Source: Chrysemys picta bellii
Taxonomy: Eukaryota
Assembly: GCF_011386835.1 (NCBI RefSeq)
Contig: NC_088793.1
Location: forward strand, 206,150,001-206,214,000
Reading direction: 5' to 3'
DNA: 64,000 bases
The first letter of the stretch is position 1. Each line of letters opens with the position of its first letter. Below are positions 23,900 to 36,235 of this stretch, one piece after another. Below the pieces are notes generated by a model. It did no database searches. It saw only the letters and a list, made by a program, of their open reading frames with translations, and was not told where the DNA came from. A program made the position numbers and the translations under genes.

Positions 23900-25619
23900 C
23901 TGGAACAGCACACAGCCGGCTGTCAGCGCCAGCACGGACGGAACAGCCAGGGGCTCTAAGCTGGAAGTTCATTTCTGACTTCACCTGGCACTAATGGGAG
24001 CACCCTGACCCCACCAACCGCTGCAGTGCGCTGGGTGGGCTTTGGCGGTCCCCGCTCTGACCCAGGGGTAGCCATCCAACGGCAAAGTGTGGGCAGCACG
24101 TGAACTGGCACCACAGAGTGAGCAAACAGCGGTCAGGGATGGCACAAACGGCGCCGAGCAAGGCACGTGTACAGGCTTGCAGAGAAGCCCAAACTAGACA
24201 TGAGCACGGTCATGAGATTCATGGACACGCCGAGTTAAATCAAGGCAGGAACTAGCCAAGGTGAGAGTGTAAGAAAACAGCCTAGCAGCAGACAGGCGAG
24301 GGCAAGGGGGCTCATAGGGTTACACAGCATCTCAGCACAAACTCGTTCCCACAGGCATTCCCCATCGCAAACGCCTCTTGCCGGTTCCACAGACATCCCC
24401 AGGAGAACCCCATCAGTGGTCCTCCTTAAGTCCCGAGGCCAGGAGAACTACATGTGTCTGACATGCAGAAGTTGGTTTCTATGGTGGCTGCACACGCTAC
24501 AGCGATGTCAGAGGGACGGGAACTGGGAATAAAACAGACTGATAGAAGGGCTTGAACGGCACCTGAAGCCTCAGACCCACTGGTAGCCAAGCCAGATGGA
24601 GAGCAACGGCAGCATGAGCCCTCGTATTCACACACAGCTCACATCATCCAAAGCCAGTTCCCTAACGGCGGCCGTGCTCTCCTCTCTGACAGGAGGTGGC
24701 TGCAGGTGCCATCGAGACAGCGAGCTGCAGAGCCGGAAAGCTCTGGACCTATCTAGCTAAGACGAGCAGGAGCTCTGTAGAGCTCCTCCGCCCACAGAGG
24801 ACGCTGGATCAAAGCCCTGGCTCTTCCAGGGCGTTTATGGTTTACTAGGAGTGATGGAAAGTGTCCATGTCAGGCAGCAGGTTTCCAATCCCCTCTCTCC
24901 AGCATTACACTGCCCTTAATGACTTTTAGGTTTGAAAGTTCTGGGCATTTCGTAGGCCCAGGGAGCACTGCCCAGATGCCGACTCTGTTCAGCCAGTCTC
25001 AGGGGTACATTCCTTTCCCCGTGGTTCACCGACCAATTAAATGACTATCAAAGGAGGCTGCTGTTCAACCACTGGCCAGGAGACGGGGCCAGAAGGAGCC
25101 ACCCTTGGATTGTTATGCATAGATAACAAATGACAGCGTGAAGCAGGGTTCATTATACTCAAGGGTGCTGTTAAGGTCCTGAGAGAAGAACTGAAGACAG
25201 GCACAGTAGCAGGGAGAGGAAGAACAGGGCCATTAATGGCAGATACAGTCAGCTGTCATTTACACGCGACAGACAAAACAAAACAAGTTTGGACAATGTG
25301 ATGCTACCCAAGGGCTCAGGTGCCAAGCAAAACCCCCGGGTAAACGGCCTTCGCTATCAGGAAAGCACGAACACAGACATGTTAGCCAGTTTAGACCTGC
25401 GGGAAATAGCTAACGCAGCTAACCAACCATTGAAATATTTCTGAAAAGCCATGCAGAACGTGCGTGGCGTCAGGCGAGTGCAGAAAACAAAGGAGGTACC
25501 AACTTTCAGAGCAGGATCGGAAGTAAACAGAAGAGCTGCCACAGGGCCCGTTACCTTTCCTGAGAGCTCAGAGCGGAGATGCACAAAGGTGTTCTTTACT
25601 TCCGGGGGAATGCTGCGCT

Positions 25620-26345
25620 ACTGTGCGTGTGCATAATTAATAAGCCCTGCATATTTTAAAATTTTTGCACAGAAAAAAGCATCTGCCAAAATGTTGCCGC
25701 AGTACTGCCTTTTGCCCACCAGAGGGTGCTGTGGCAATTGAACAAAGCAGCAGCTCCCCGCCAGCAAGGGAAGAGAAAGAGCCCGCCTTCTTCGCAGTGG
25801 GCCAGGTTAGGAGACGGGCCATGGCGAGACAATGTGGGGTATTGGGGGGGGGGTCAGACAGGGGCTCATAAGGGCTAGTGGGGGAGGACAGACTGGGGCA
25901 GGGACTGAATGGGAGTGGAGGTGCAGGGCCACATGGTGATGGGGGAGGGGTGCAGAGCTACATAGGGATAGGGGGTGGCTGGGTGGGGGCACAGACACAT
26001 GGGGACAGGGTGCAGAGCTACATAGAGCCAAGGGTGGCTGGGTGGGAGCACAGAGACACCTGGGGAGTGGGATGGTGGCACAGAGACACACGGGGACGGG
26101 GGAGGGGGTGCATGGCCACATGAGGAGGGGGGAGTGGGTGTCTGAGTGGGGGTGGAGGGACACATGGGGGTGCAGGAACACATGGGGACAGGAACAGATG
26201 TGCCTGACTGAACAGGAAAGGCTAGGGTTCAGCCAGGGTCTGCGTGGGGGAAGCTCCCGAACAATCCCTCCTCGCCCTCCAAAAAAACTTGTTCCATACT
26301 TTCCCACCCATACCCAACAACCCTCCAAGTTCATACCCAGGGAAG
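25620..26345. mobile_element. Probable non-autonomous DNA transposon remnant with internal G-rich repeats (ggggtgcagagctacata)
   Basis: Internal duplicated motifs and resemblance to a common turtle repeat; termini not resolved. Confidence 0.45.
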
Positions 26346-26479
26346 TTCCATCATTTGTGAAATTTCAATGTGGACAGGGCAAAGCCCTGGTGAAGCCTAT
26401 TAGGTACACCCCTGCACTGACACTGGGCATGGACGAGGTAATTTAATAGGATTTTCCCCTCTCCAGTGTCTATGGCAGG

Positions 26480-26665
26480 TCAGCCTGGTCTAGTAGTTAA
26501 GACACCAACCAGGACTCGGGAGACCTGAGTTCTAGTCCCAGCCCTGCTGCATGACCCTGGACCAATGACTCCCCTTTCTGTGCCTCCACTCCCCCTCCAA
26601 GCCTATGTCCATCTTAGCTATTTGGCCTGCAAGCTCTTTGGGGCATGGACCCTCTCTTAGTGCCC
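26480..26665 (+). mobile_element. MIR/CORE-SINE remnant
   Basis: tRNA-like head ggtctagtagttaagac...gagttctagtcccagc. Confidence 0.6.
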
Positions 26666-26757
26666 GCTTGTACAGTGCCCAGCACCACGGGCTCCCTGAG
26701 CACTGCTGCGATACCTCAAAATAAAGTCGATCAGTCTCCTGCTCCTCACGCATTTAC

Positions 26758-26868
26758 CTTCCGGGCCTGTTCCAGGACTTTGCAGGCATCCACAACAAAG
26801 GTCAAGGTTCGAATCTGCGGCACCTCGCTGATGGCAGAAACTCTGTTTCTTAGGTTCATAGCGAATTC
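26758..26868 (-). CDS. CUL9: CUL9 exon 32/36, Ariadne (EFAMNLRNRVSAI...LEQARK)
   Basis: 111 nt, found by manual reverse complement (not in the ORF track); donor AAG|gtaaat. Confidence 0.95.
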
Positions 26869-27654
26869 CTACAACCACCAAGAGCAAAGTCATCTCCCAG
26901 CTTCATCCTCCACCGGCTTCCAGATCACTCCCCCAGCCAGAAGGGATCAGTCGCCCCTCCTCCCCACCTCCTCTTTATGAAGGACTGAGCTCCCAGGTTC
27001 AGGGAGGTTTCTGCCTCGTCCCTCTTACGATCACACCGCCAGCCCAGCTATTCTGTTCGGTGAGCTGGGCTGAGTGATGCGGAGTCTGCTCAATGCAGAG
27101 AGCTTGTGACCGATTGTGCCTTGCTGAGACCGAGGTGCCTCCAGCGACACCACCCGTCTCCATCTCGCCTACCACGATGGAATCTGCACCTAGAATTGCT
27201 GGGGAAGGCCTGGCTGACCATCTGTGCAAACTGATCCCGCCCCTCATAGCTGGTGAAGTCTAACGAAGAGCTAATGCCCCATGAGCTTACACAGTGCTCC
27301 GTGGGAGGCAGCTACCAGGCCAATCCTGTCCTTTTTCTTGGCAAGGTCTTCGAGGAGCAGTGGCAGCAAAGTTTCAGCAGCTTCTGTCCCCTACCAGTGG
27401 CCTCCACAGAAGTCTATAAGTCCGTACTGGACCTGACTTGTTCTCTGCCACCCCATCAGCCTCATCCCCACGTTCCCAATCAGAGTCGGCAGAGAGGAAC
27501 ATACTGCGAGAGAATTTTAATCACACGCCACGGGGGAGGGGGACACGCTCCCAGTCCTCAACTCCAGCCACACTGGATTCTGAATGGCCTGCCGTGGGCA
27601 CCTGGGGTTAGGAGGCAGGGCCTGTGCCCGGAGTGTGGGAGGAGGAGCCCTTAC

Positions 27655-27729
27655 CCTCGCTTGATGATGGAAAGTGCACCTCTCATTGTAGTCCTGGAAA
27701 CGCTTCTCCTGCCGAGCTGCTTTGCTCAC
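27655..27729 (-). CDS. CUL9: CUL9 exon 31/36, Ariadne (VSKAARQEKRFQDYNERCTFHHQAR)
   Basis: 75 nt, donor AGG|gtaagg. Confidence 0.96.
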
Positions 27730-27920
27730 CTGCAGGGAAAGGCAGCAGTTACCTGGAGTGGCAGATCTCTCCATGGGGGGTCAACACAAGAGGGCCACAA
27801 CATGCATGGCCCACAACCACCAAATGCCACAGGCTTAGCACAAGAGGAGATCCCGAGAGTCCCGAAGTCTGTCCTCACCCCAAGGAGTATCCAAACCACT
27901 TGCACGCAGCAAACACTCAC

Positions 27921-28014
27921 CATGGCAGAACAATTGTAATAATCCTTGTGCGTTGGCTTCCAGGGCTTGAGACAACGCCAGCAAAATCCATGGTTGCATT
28001 TGGCACAGGTCATA
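27921..28014 (-). CDS. CUL9: CUL9 exon 30/36, RING2 (MTCAKCNHGFCWRCL...YYNCSAM)
   Basis: 94 nt, donor ATG|gtgagt. Confidence 0.97.
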
Positions 28015-28708
28015 CTGCACAGGAAGAAGAGAGAAGGGGAGCTGGAGTTGGCCTGATGCAAGGTGCAGTAGCAAACAGTCCCAATCCCTGCAGACACCCG
28101 CCCGGTCCCTGGGCATTGGAATGTGGCTGCAGTGCTGGCGTATGGGGGCGGCTGAGTCTCACGTGTTCAGCTCTGCACGCTTCCCTCACACACAAACCAC
28201 TATTTTTATTCTATCACAGTTGCTCAGAGGACCCAGGGTGCTGTAGAAAAATAGAGACAGACCCTGTCCCAAAGAGTTTACAGTTTAGACTGAAGCGAAA
28301 GAGTGTAACGAATAAGTACGAGCAGTGGAGGGGAAGGAGGACAAGGAATTGGAAGATTTCTTAATGATAATCTCCTTTCTGCTACCAGTGTCTCACAACT
28401 CCACGACACTTTGGCTGCTCCTCTCTGCGCTGTTGTTCACAGAGGCTGTCCAAAGTTGCAGCGTCACAAGCACTGGCCACCCCCCTGCTCTTGCTTGCTG
28501 CCAGATGAGTCATTCCAAAGCTGTACAGAACTCGTAGAAAGAGATCTACAACTTCCATGGGAGCCCAGCAGCTCTAGAGAACCGGCATACGGCCCACATC
28601 GTAACAATCCAGCACAAAGAAAATACCAGACCGTTTGGCATAACGTCCTGCAGGGTGGGTAGAACTGTGAGAGATGCTGCCAGCAGAAAGGATGTTATCT
28701 GTTTAAAA

Positions 28709-28738
28709 AATAATAATAATAATAATAATAATAATAAT
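28709..28738. repeat. (AAT)10 microsatellite
   Basis: Directly visible. Confidence 0.95.
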
Positions 28739-28879
28739 CTTCCATTCTGCAGCCCAGCGTCTCCCACAATTCTGAGACGTCAGGGAAGTGGCAAGCAGTA
28801 AACAGAGGTTGGGAGGGGAACGTAAGAAATCCAGCAATGAGACAGAAGAGGGGAAAAAAACGGGGACAACCCTTTTTTG

Positions 28880-30520
28880 TAAGAATTGCTCAAAGGTCAA
28901 CATCATTTTTGGGCCACCGCCTGCAGCTCCTGCCTGCCGAAGGAAGCCTCTGCTGAGGACAAAGTCCACCTTCTTGTGACTGATGAAGGTGCTGGCTGGC
29001 AATCAGGTGGCTGCTCTGCAGATGTTCAATGTGGAATATCTCGTTCGTTCCATCCACGAGGCAGCTAGAGCTCTCATGGAATGCGCGGACACCCTCCAGA
29101 GCCGGGTTTCTGATGCCTTGTAGGCCTCAACGATACAGAGCCGAAGCCACCTAGCCATGGACGACTTGGAAACTTGACATTTAGGCTGGAAGGACACAAA
29201 CAGGGCACCTGACCTCGTTGTGGATTCTATGCGCTTGATGTAGATTTCCACCACTTTCCTGAGCTCTGGGATGTGCCATTCCTTTACCAGATCTTGTGGC
29301 TTCAGACAGAACGAAGGATGGACGGCTTCTTGGGAACGCCGAAAGGGAGAATTTACTTCATGAAGAAAGGACTCTAGTTCTCAGCACCACCCTGTTTCCT
29401 GCACAGACAATAACGCCAGCTCTGATACCCATCTAGCAGATGTGATAGCGACAAGAAAACAGATTTTTAGGGACACTGAAGTCAGGGGCTTGAAGGGATG
29501 ATCTGTTAGAGCCTTCAAAACCTGCGACAGATCCCATTTTGGGAGACTGGCCTGACCGCTCTGAGGAACCTGGAGGTCTGGCGGTTCTCTGCCAAGGAAC
29601 CCGCAGACCCCATAAAAAAGATGCTCCTGAAAGCAGAAACTTGGTGAGCTGTGGTGCTGGATTGAAGGCCCTTGTCTAGGCCTTCCTGGAGAATGTCCAA
29701 AATGGCCGAAATCTCCCGTTTCTTGGGGTCCACCCCATGCTCTTGGCACCAGCCACTGAACCTGGACCAGATGGAGGAGTATGAGGCTCTCTTGGGTGCT
29801 AGCAAAATCTGGATGACTCTGGCAGATTGATGGAGCATTGTTAAGGCTTTCTTTTCAATAACCGAGATGTCAGCTGAACCCAGGCTGAAGCCAGAGGAAG
29901 GAATGGGCCTTGGGAGACAATATCTGAGTGTGGAGGCAACAGCTTTGCCCACTTAGTCATAGTGGGTCTAGGAGTTGATGAGGGTTGTTCTGGGTATTGT
30001 TCGGAGTCCAGACCTTTCAGCTCCCTGTTGGTACAATAAGGCTGAAGCCCCAGAGACTCTCTCACGGCGCTCCAGAAGCAAACGCTCAGCATATGCCAGG
30101 GAGTGCACTTCCCTCAGACAGACCAGGCTCCCAACACATGCATCAGGCTTCAAGGGCTGGACAAGTAGCATGTCCTCTGAACCCCTCATGGGGCTCAGTT
30201 CCAGCCCTCAGTGTGGAACCACGGCAAAGCCACTAAAAGCTACCCTCAGGTCAGGGAACTGGCAGGTTTATTTATCCGGGACGGGTTTTCTGCGCTCTCT
30301 GCGGTGGCTGCGAAGGAACCGAGGCAGCTGAGGGCTGCATGCCAAGTAGTGTTGGGTGTTGAACGTTCAATGCCACTAAAGAGTGTGCAGCCCAATGGAC
30401 ACTGTAGACTCAAGGGACCAGGGCACCATTCCTGTAAGTGGGAACACACAGGATCTTAAAGAATAGCTTTGCCTCCTGACCTGTGGCGGAGCTAGAGCAT
30501 GACTTCTAGAAGACACCCAA
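28880..30520 (-). mobile_element. DIRS tyrosine-recombinase retrotransposon fragment (RNase H end, MT-like region, YR)
   Basis: KICFLVAITSARWVSEL, SAHSMRALAASW..ICRAAT (YR H-x-x-R box), YSSIWSRFSGWCQEHG; frameshifted. Confidence 0.88.
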
Positions 30521-30539
30521 TCTTGATGGCACGATGCCC

Positions 30540-31090
30540 AGTGATGGAGAATCCAGCCCTTAGTCCCAAGGGTTAACTACCCGCAAAAAAGGATGCTTTA
30601 TCTCCCATTTGAATGTTTTGCTTTGAGCTTCAACGTCCAGCCACCGGATCTTGTGCTGCCTTCTGCTGAATTCAAGAGCCCTCTAGCATCAGAAATCACC
30701 TCTGCAGGCAGGTACGTGTCGTCTCTCTCTCTCGTCCACTAAACCCCGACACACAGACTAAGCTGCTTTCGTCTCTCACTGGGAGCTCTTCGGTCAACCT
30801 CCTTTTAAAGTGTGGACACCAGAAATGAACAGACAGCTTCCAGGAATGGTCTCAGAAGCACCCTAGTCACATGTGATACCACCTCCCTACTCCTCCTCCG
30901 TGTTCCCATTTATACACGCAAGGACCCACAGACTTTTTGCCACAACATCACGCTAGGGGCATGTGTACGTTTCATCTTCTCCATGACCCTCAAGTCCTTC
31001 CCAGACTTGTTGCTTTCCAGAAGACAGTCCCCCAGTGCTGTATGGGGATCTACATTCTTTGTTCCTAGATGTAGGGCCCTGAATTAAACC
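30540..31090 (-). mobile_element. CR1 fragment
   Basis: Antisense CR1 ORF2 3' portion (ctcttcggtcaacctcctttt...ggatctacattc...cctagatgtaggg). Confidence 0.65.
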
Positions 31091-32369
31091 GTTGGGGGTC
31101 TATTATGGACTTCTTGACAATCAATCCTGAAACCTAGAGTTTTCCTTATTTGTCCCTACAGCAAAAACACCAAAACTACCTCAAAGAGGCTAGAGAGGGA
31201 GGGTGAGTCAGAATTAAGAAACTCATAAAAACATACCCACGCCACACACTAGTTCTATTGCTGTGCTAACAGTTTACACTGAAGCTAGCTCCTAATTAAG
31301 GCGCAAACATAAGAAGTGTCCAACGAGTAGGAAGTTGAGAAACCAGAGGAAGTTTCAACTTGCTGGTCTGGTGTGGGAAGGAACGAAGGGAGGCAGGAAC
31401 ATAGCTTACCATGGAGCGCGCCACAGCTCCAGGCAAAGGCCACATGGCCCCAAAGGTCAGAGGGCTCCGTGCTTTGGGCAGTGCACAGAGCAGGGATCTG
31501 CACTGATAGTACCGGAAGGAGAACACCTGTCGCCCCTGTGCCTAGCAGCGCTGACAATGTCCGTGCTCTGCGGGTCGGTTTCTCATTTGGAGCAGAAATC
31601 GGTGAGGTGAAGTCGGACGTTTTCTTCGTGTAATTTGTGATGAACACAGAGCTTTGGACAGGGTGGTAAAAAAATGGCATGAGCAACTCTATCCTGCAGA
31701 ACCTCAAAGCACTGCCCTATCCACAGAGGCAGCTCTCTGGGGCTTGCGTCGCTCACGAGTCTCCTCGTCCTCCCTCGGCACTCTGCCTTGCAAACCCCTC
31801 TCCCAAGGCCGCTCGCTCGAGATTGCATGGCCGGGACAGGTGATCCTCTGCACTTCAGCTGTCAGACAGGGCGCTTAACCCCTTAACATCCTTCACGGGT
31901 GCCGTTACTGCATGGCACCTTGCGCTCTTCCCACGGGAAGTTTCATCCTCTCTGCTCAGACATCAATGACCCCCCTATTGTATCAGCCACTTGCACCTAG
32001 TGCCAGAACACTGCTCTCCTGATCGTTCAGGACAAGCAAGCACAGAATGTGGGTGATCTGGCGCAAGTCACCCGAATAGAACAGTGGCAGAGCTGAGCAT
32101 CTCCTGTGCTCCAGCATGCAGACCAAGCCATGTCCTAGTTGTAGTGGTGCGGTGGGCAACTGTCCACTGAAAACCAGACCAAGCCCCACCCACTTATATC
32201 ACGTACAGCACTGCAGAGCCATCGGGGGATTTCATTCTGGCCATCGAGGACCTGGGATCAACAAAGGGCTCCGCAGATCCCATGAACCAGAGCAGCTCAG
32301 CAGTCCAATGGGGTAACAGGACAACAGCACAGACGCTCATCTCCTTGAAGCCAAGCCAGGACCAGCAAA

Positions 32370-32615
32370 AACAGAAACTCAAGAAATTCATGGAGGACAG
32401 GTCCATCAATGGCGATCAGCCAGGATGGGCAGGGATGGTGTCCCTAGCTGCTGTTTGCTGGAAGCTGGGAATGGGCGACAGGGGACTGATTGCTTGAGGA
32501 TTCCCTGGTCTGTTCACCCCCTCTAGGGCACCTGGCATGGGCCACTGTCAGTAGACAGGATACTGGGATAGATGGACCATTGGTCTGACCCACTCTGGCC
32601 GCTCTTATGTTCTGA
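32370..32615 (+). mobile_element. CR1 3' UTR fragment
   Basis: aaattcatggaggacaggtccatcaatggc...ggtctgaccc...cttatgttct. Confidence 0.85.
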
Positions 32616-32688
32616 AGTGCCCCAGAAACCTGCCTGGATCCCTCCCATCTCCTCCTGGCCCAGCCCCCAAACGAGGAAAGATACTCAC

Positions 32689-32852
32689 TGTAGACAGCCC
32701 TCGTTTTTCTCTATCTGAGCCTGGCAGCTGGGGCAGCGCTTAGAGATGAGTTTGGCCAGGTGTTTGCTCTGGGCTTCCACCGTCATCCCTTCATAGTACC
32801 CACCGTCATCCATCCACTGGGACATGTGGCTGCAGCTGGCAGGGTAATGAGC
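32689..32852 (-). CDS. CUL9: CUL9 exon 29/36, IBR/RING2 (AHYPASC...KRCPSCQAQIEKNEGCL)
   Basis: 164 nt, donor CA|gtgagt. Confidence 0.97.
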
Positions 32853-32946
32853 CTGCAAGGGACAGAGCATAAGTCACGGGGGAGCAGGAAGGCAGTAGCG
32901 AGCCGGCATGACGACAGGCCCGCGGCCGAGCAAACCTCAGCTGTAC

Positions 32947-33111
32947 CTCTGGGAAATTGCAGTTGAAGCAGGATATCCAGCAGCACTTGGAGCAGGCCTC
33001 TCCGCAGCCGAGTCCCTCCTTACAAAGGACCTGATCGCAGCCCTGGGGGTTGGTGCACCAGGTCAGGTTGGAGCAGCACTCCACGTAGCCTCGCAGGAGA
33101 GCTTTCTCGTA
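32947..33111 (-). CDS. CUL9: CUL9 exon 28/36, IBR (YEKALLRGYVE...WCTNPQGC...CNFPE)
   Basis: 165 nt, donor GAG|gtacag. Confidence 0.97.
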
Positions 33112-33149
33112 CTGCAGAGAGAGAAACGAGGGCAGAGGTGCAGGAGGAC

Positions 33150-33320
33150 GAAAATGATCATGTGGTTAAGGCACCAGACTGGGACTCACGAACTGTGGGT
33201 TCAATTCCCACCTCTGCCACCAACTCACTGCATGACCATGGGCACATCACTTCCCTCCTCTGTGGCTCAGCCCCCAGCCATAAAATAGGGACAATGATGC
33301 TTCCTTTCTCCCACCCTGCA
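33150..33320 (+). mobile_element. MIR/CORE-SINE remnant
   Basis: gtggttaaggcaccagactggg...gggttcaattccc head. Confidence 0.65.
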
Positions 33321-34399
33321 TCTGTCGTGTTGGTTTCGATTGTCGTAAGCTCGCCGGGACATCCCTGCCTCGCACTAGGCCCAGCACAAAGGGGCCCGAT
33401 TTTGGCTGACACTACCGTCCTACAAATAGAAAGCAATACGCTCCCTGGCAAAGGCCCTAGGACTGCTGTCGGGACAGCCATGGAGCACACGGCAGTTCTG
33501 CTCTCAATCTGCCTTGATGGGTAGGTTTCTCTGGAGTAAGGTCCATGCAGAATACTCACCAGGGTGCGGACTAGGTTCACAAGGGTGGGAAACGATATAG
33601 CCCCGAGGGATCTTGCAACATGCATACACTTACTGCAGATACAGGAGGAGGATTAAGCAGCTGTAGAGACACTGCCTGAGAGGAAAGGGCACTGGGGCCG
33701 ACTGGAGGATGGAGCGTAACACAGGCTTTGGTGTAATTCAACAGGGAGGTCAAACCAGCAGAAGATCCCCAAAGAGCTGGCTGGCTCAGGGGAAAGGGCC
33801 ATGGGTTTCCCCTCTAGGGCAGCCCTGCACAGAAGGAACAGGCTGTGGCCATCGGTTAGTGCCCTATGCGACACGTCACCAAAACCATCGGCCCAGCTGA
33901 TGCAGCCTGGCCATCTGAGCAGAGGAGCCAGGGTTGAATGAGCAACTCTCACAGGTAGGAAGAGGCACACTGGTGAAGAGCAGAGAGTGCGGAAAACCTG
34001 CCATGTCACCGGCCACGCTGGACAGCTTCTGAGACCAGAAGACTTGATTCCCTAGAGCTTTCAAGCCAGCACCAAACACGCCGGAGTTTGTAACGATGCC
34101 ATCCTGGAGAGAAGCCCTCTGTCTTGAGAACAGGGATGGTCCTGTCAAATTCTCTCAGGGAAAGAAAAAATGGCGATGGCTGAGGGGCTTTGTGAGCTTC
34201 TGGCTTTGCCCAGGAGGCAGAACTGGATCCAGCACCGAGAGATGCAGAGGATGCAGAGAGAACACAACCCAAAGCACCAAGAAACAGGACAGATGAAAGA
34301 AACATTCAGCAGCACCCACTCTGTACCCATCAGTGCCATAGGCTACGGACGGGACAGACCCATCTGACTGGGGTGGTTGGCTCAGTGCCCAGGCAGAGG

Positions 34400-36235
34400 G
34401 AGGCAGACAGGAATCTGGATACAAAGGCAGAAAAGCAAGTGGCACTTATTGCTGGATACTGTTCTACTTCTGCAAACAAGGAGAGACCCCCCCTTGTGCG
34501 TCAGGGCTGAATGGCTTCTGTTTGACACGCCTAGAGCGAACCAAGTTCCTGCAGGAATGTTATTTCCCTTACAGGAACGGTGGCTCTTTCAGATGAACCG
34601 AGTACTTCGGCCAGCAGTGTTCGCTGGGGCCATGCCTGCACCCAAGGACCTCACCTCCCTCCACCCCAGGGCATAAAGAGGTAAGCTGGCCTTTGGTTCC
34701 TTCACCAATACAGAATCCTACAGGGTGCAACTCAGTTCAGGAAAGCACCTATTTCCTGCTTTAGACAGTCTCTTGAAAGAGCACTGGCAGAAAAAGGTGG
34801 GGACTCTGTTGGTACTGGTTGAATGTCCAGGGATCTAGAGGCCCTCGGAACAGATCGGTACCAAGCAAAGGGGAGTCAGGCATCTCTGTTGCCACAAGGC
34901 CTCATGAAAATCTAAACTCCTGCGATACCCAAGTGCTTGGTACCAAGACAGCAGCCTGGGCAGATGTTACTGTGGGACAGGGAGCGGACCGTGCCATAAA
35001 CTTTATGAGCTCCAAGGAGCGTCTGCTAGATGACAGTCTGGTCTACGATGGTACCGACGGCTTGGCTGATTCTACCGGTACCAACTTAAGAGTAGTCTTC
35101 TCCTTGTCACCTCAAACCCCAATGACCCAGATGATTTCCCGGAGCTGGGACCCTTGCATTCTTTGGGTTTAATGGTGCTCACAGTACCTGAGAAAACTGC
35201 AGCCTCGTGGGTGCAGAGTCGGGAACCAGTGGGTGCTGAAGCAGTTGTCTTGATCTGTGATCAGGGTTTCTTTGAGATGGGTTCCCTAGTAGGGAATCTA
35301 AGCTCTGTTTCCTAGTGTCTTTTTGAGAGGATTCTTGAGTTCCTCTTAGAAGCTCTAGAGGAGCGCTGTGCTGATGTGGTTGACTTGCTCAGAGACTGGG
35401 CACAGGTCAGAAGCCATTCGGAGGTGCAATTTAATCTCCTGGTTCTTTCTGTCTCTCAATTTTACAACCAGGCAAAAATTAAATTGGGGGGGGGGGGCGT
35501 GGGACTCCCCGTGGCAGCAGACACACCAGGAGTGCCCGGCACTCAGCGAGAGAGCATTCTGGCATGAAAGGCAATGTTTAAAACCCGGAGAGCCGGGCAT
35601 ACCTCCCAGCACTCTAAAGTTCCCCTCAGGGAAAAAACTGAAAGGACAACGGGCTTTACAACAAATCTTGTGGTTTGTGTAATGATTTAACCTCTGAAGC
35701 TAACTAAGCGAAGTATCAGAGGGGTAGCCGTGTTAGTCTGAATCTGTAAAAAGCAACAGAGGGTCCTGTGGCACCTTTAAGACTAACAGAAGTATCGGAG
35801 CATAAGCTTTCGTGGGTAAATGCCCACTTCGTCAGACGCTGGCACAGAGGATACTTGCGTCTGATGAAGTGGGCATTCACCCACGAAAGCTTATGCTCCA
35901 ATACTTCTGTTAGTCTTAAAGGTGCCACAGGACCCTCTGTTGCTTTTAACTAAGCAAAGTAAAACTAGGAGAAAAACAAAACAAAACAAAAAAGGACAGT
36001 TGAGCTCAGCTCAGCCGGGTCACTGCTGAGGCTCAGTCTCGGCCCGAGAAGGAACTGAGGGCGGTTCGCCCGTGGAGCTCTATGTGGCCATGGTGCAGAG
36101 CACGAGGCAGAGTAGAGGACATGGGCAGACCCAACAGGCACAGCTACCTAACGTGGGGATCTCCAATCTAAGGCGCACAGGACGCGCGCACACCTGAAGT
36201 GGCGCACCCCTTGGGACACTACGCAAGAAGAAGGT
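34400..36235 (-). mobile_element. DIRS element 5' half (terminus/5' UTR and gag); left boundary uncertain
   Basis: ttcttcttgcgtagtgtccc...aggtgtgcgcgcg...cctcagttccttct terminus; gag N-terminus PGFKHCLSC..C..CHGESH..RDRKNQEIKLHL (35355-35612). Confidence 0.75.
35716..35946. mobile_element. Penelope-like palindromic element inserted in the DIRS 5' region
   Basis: About 91-bp inverted arms (35749-35839 and 35857-35947) with a 17-bp spacer; flanking taactaagc(g/a)aagta duplication. Confidence 0.8.

Noticed and set aside
31285-31830. Cluster of overlapping short ORFs in the RING2 intron
   Set aside because: No homology recognised and no convincing paired splice sites
28880-36235. A single DIRS element spanning 28.9-36.2 kb
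   Set aside because: Conserved CUL9 exons at 32689-33111 lie between the two parts, so they cannot be one simple insertion
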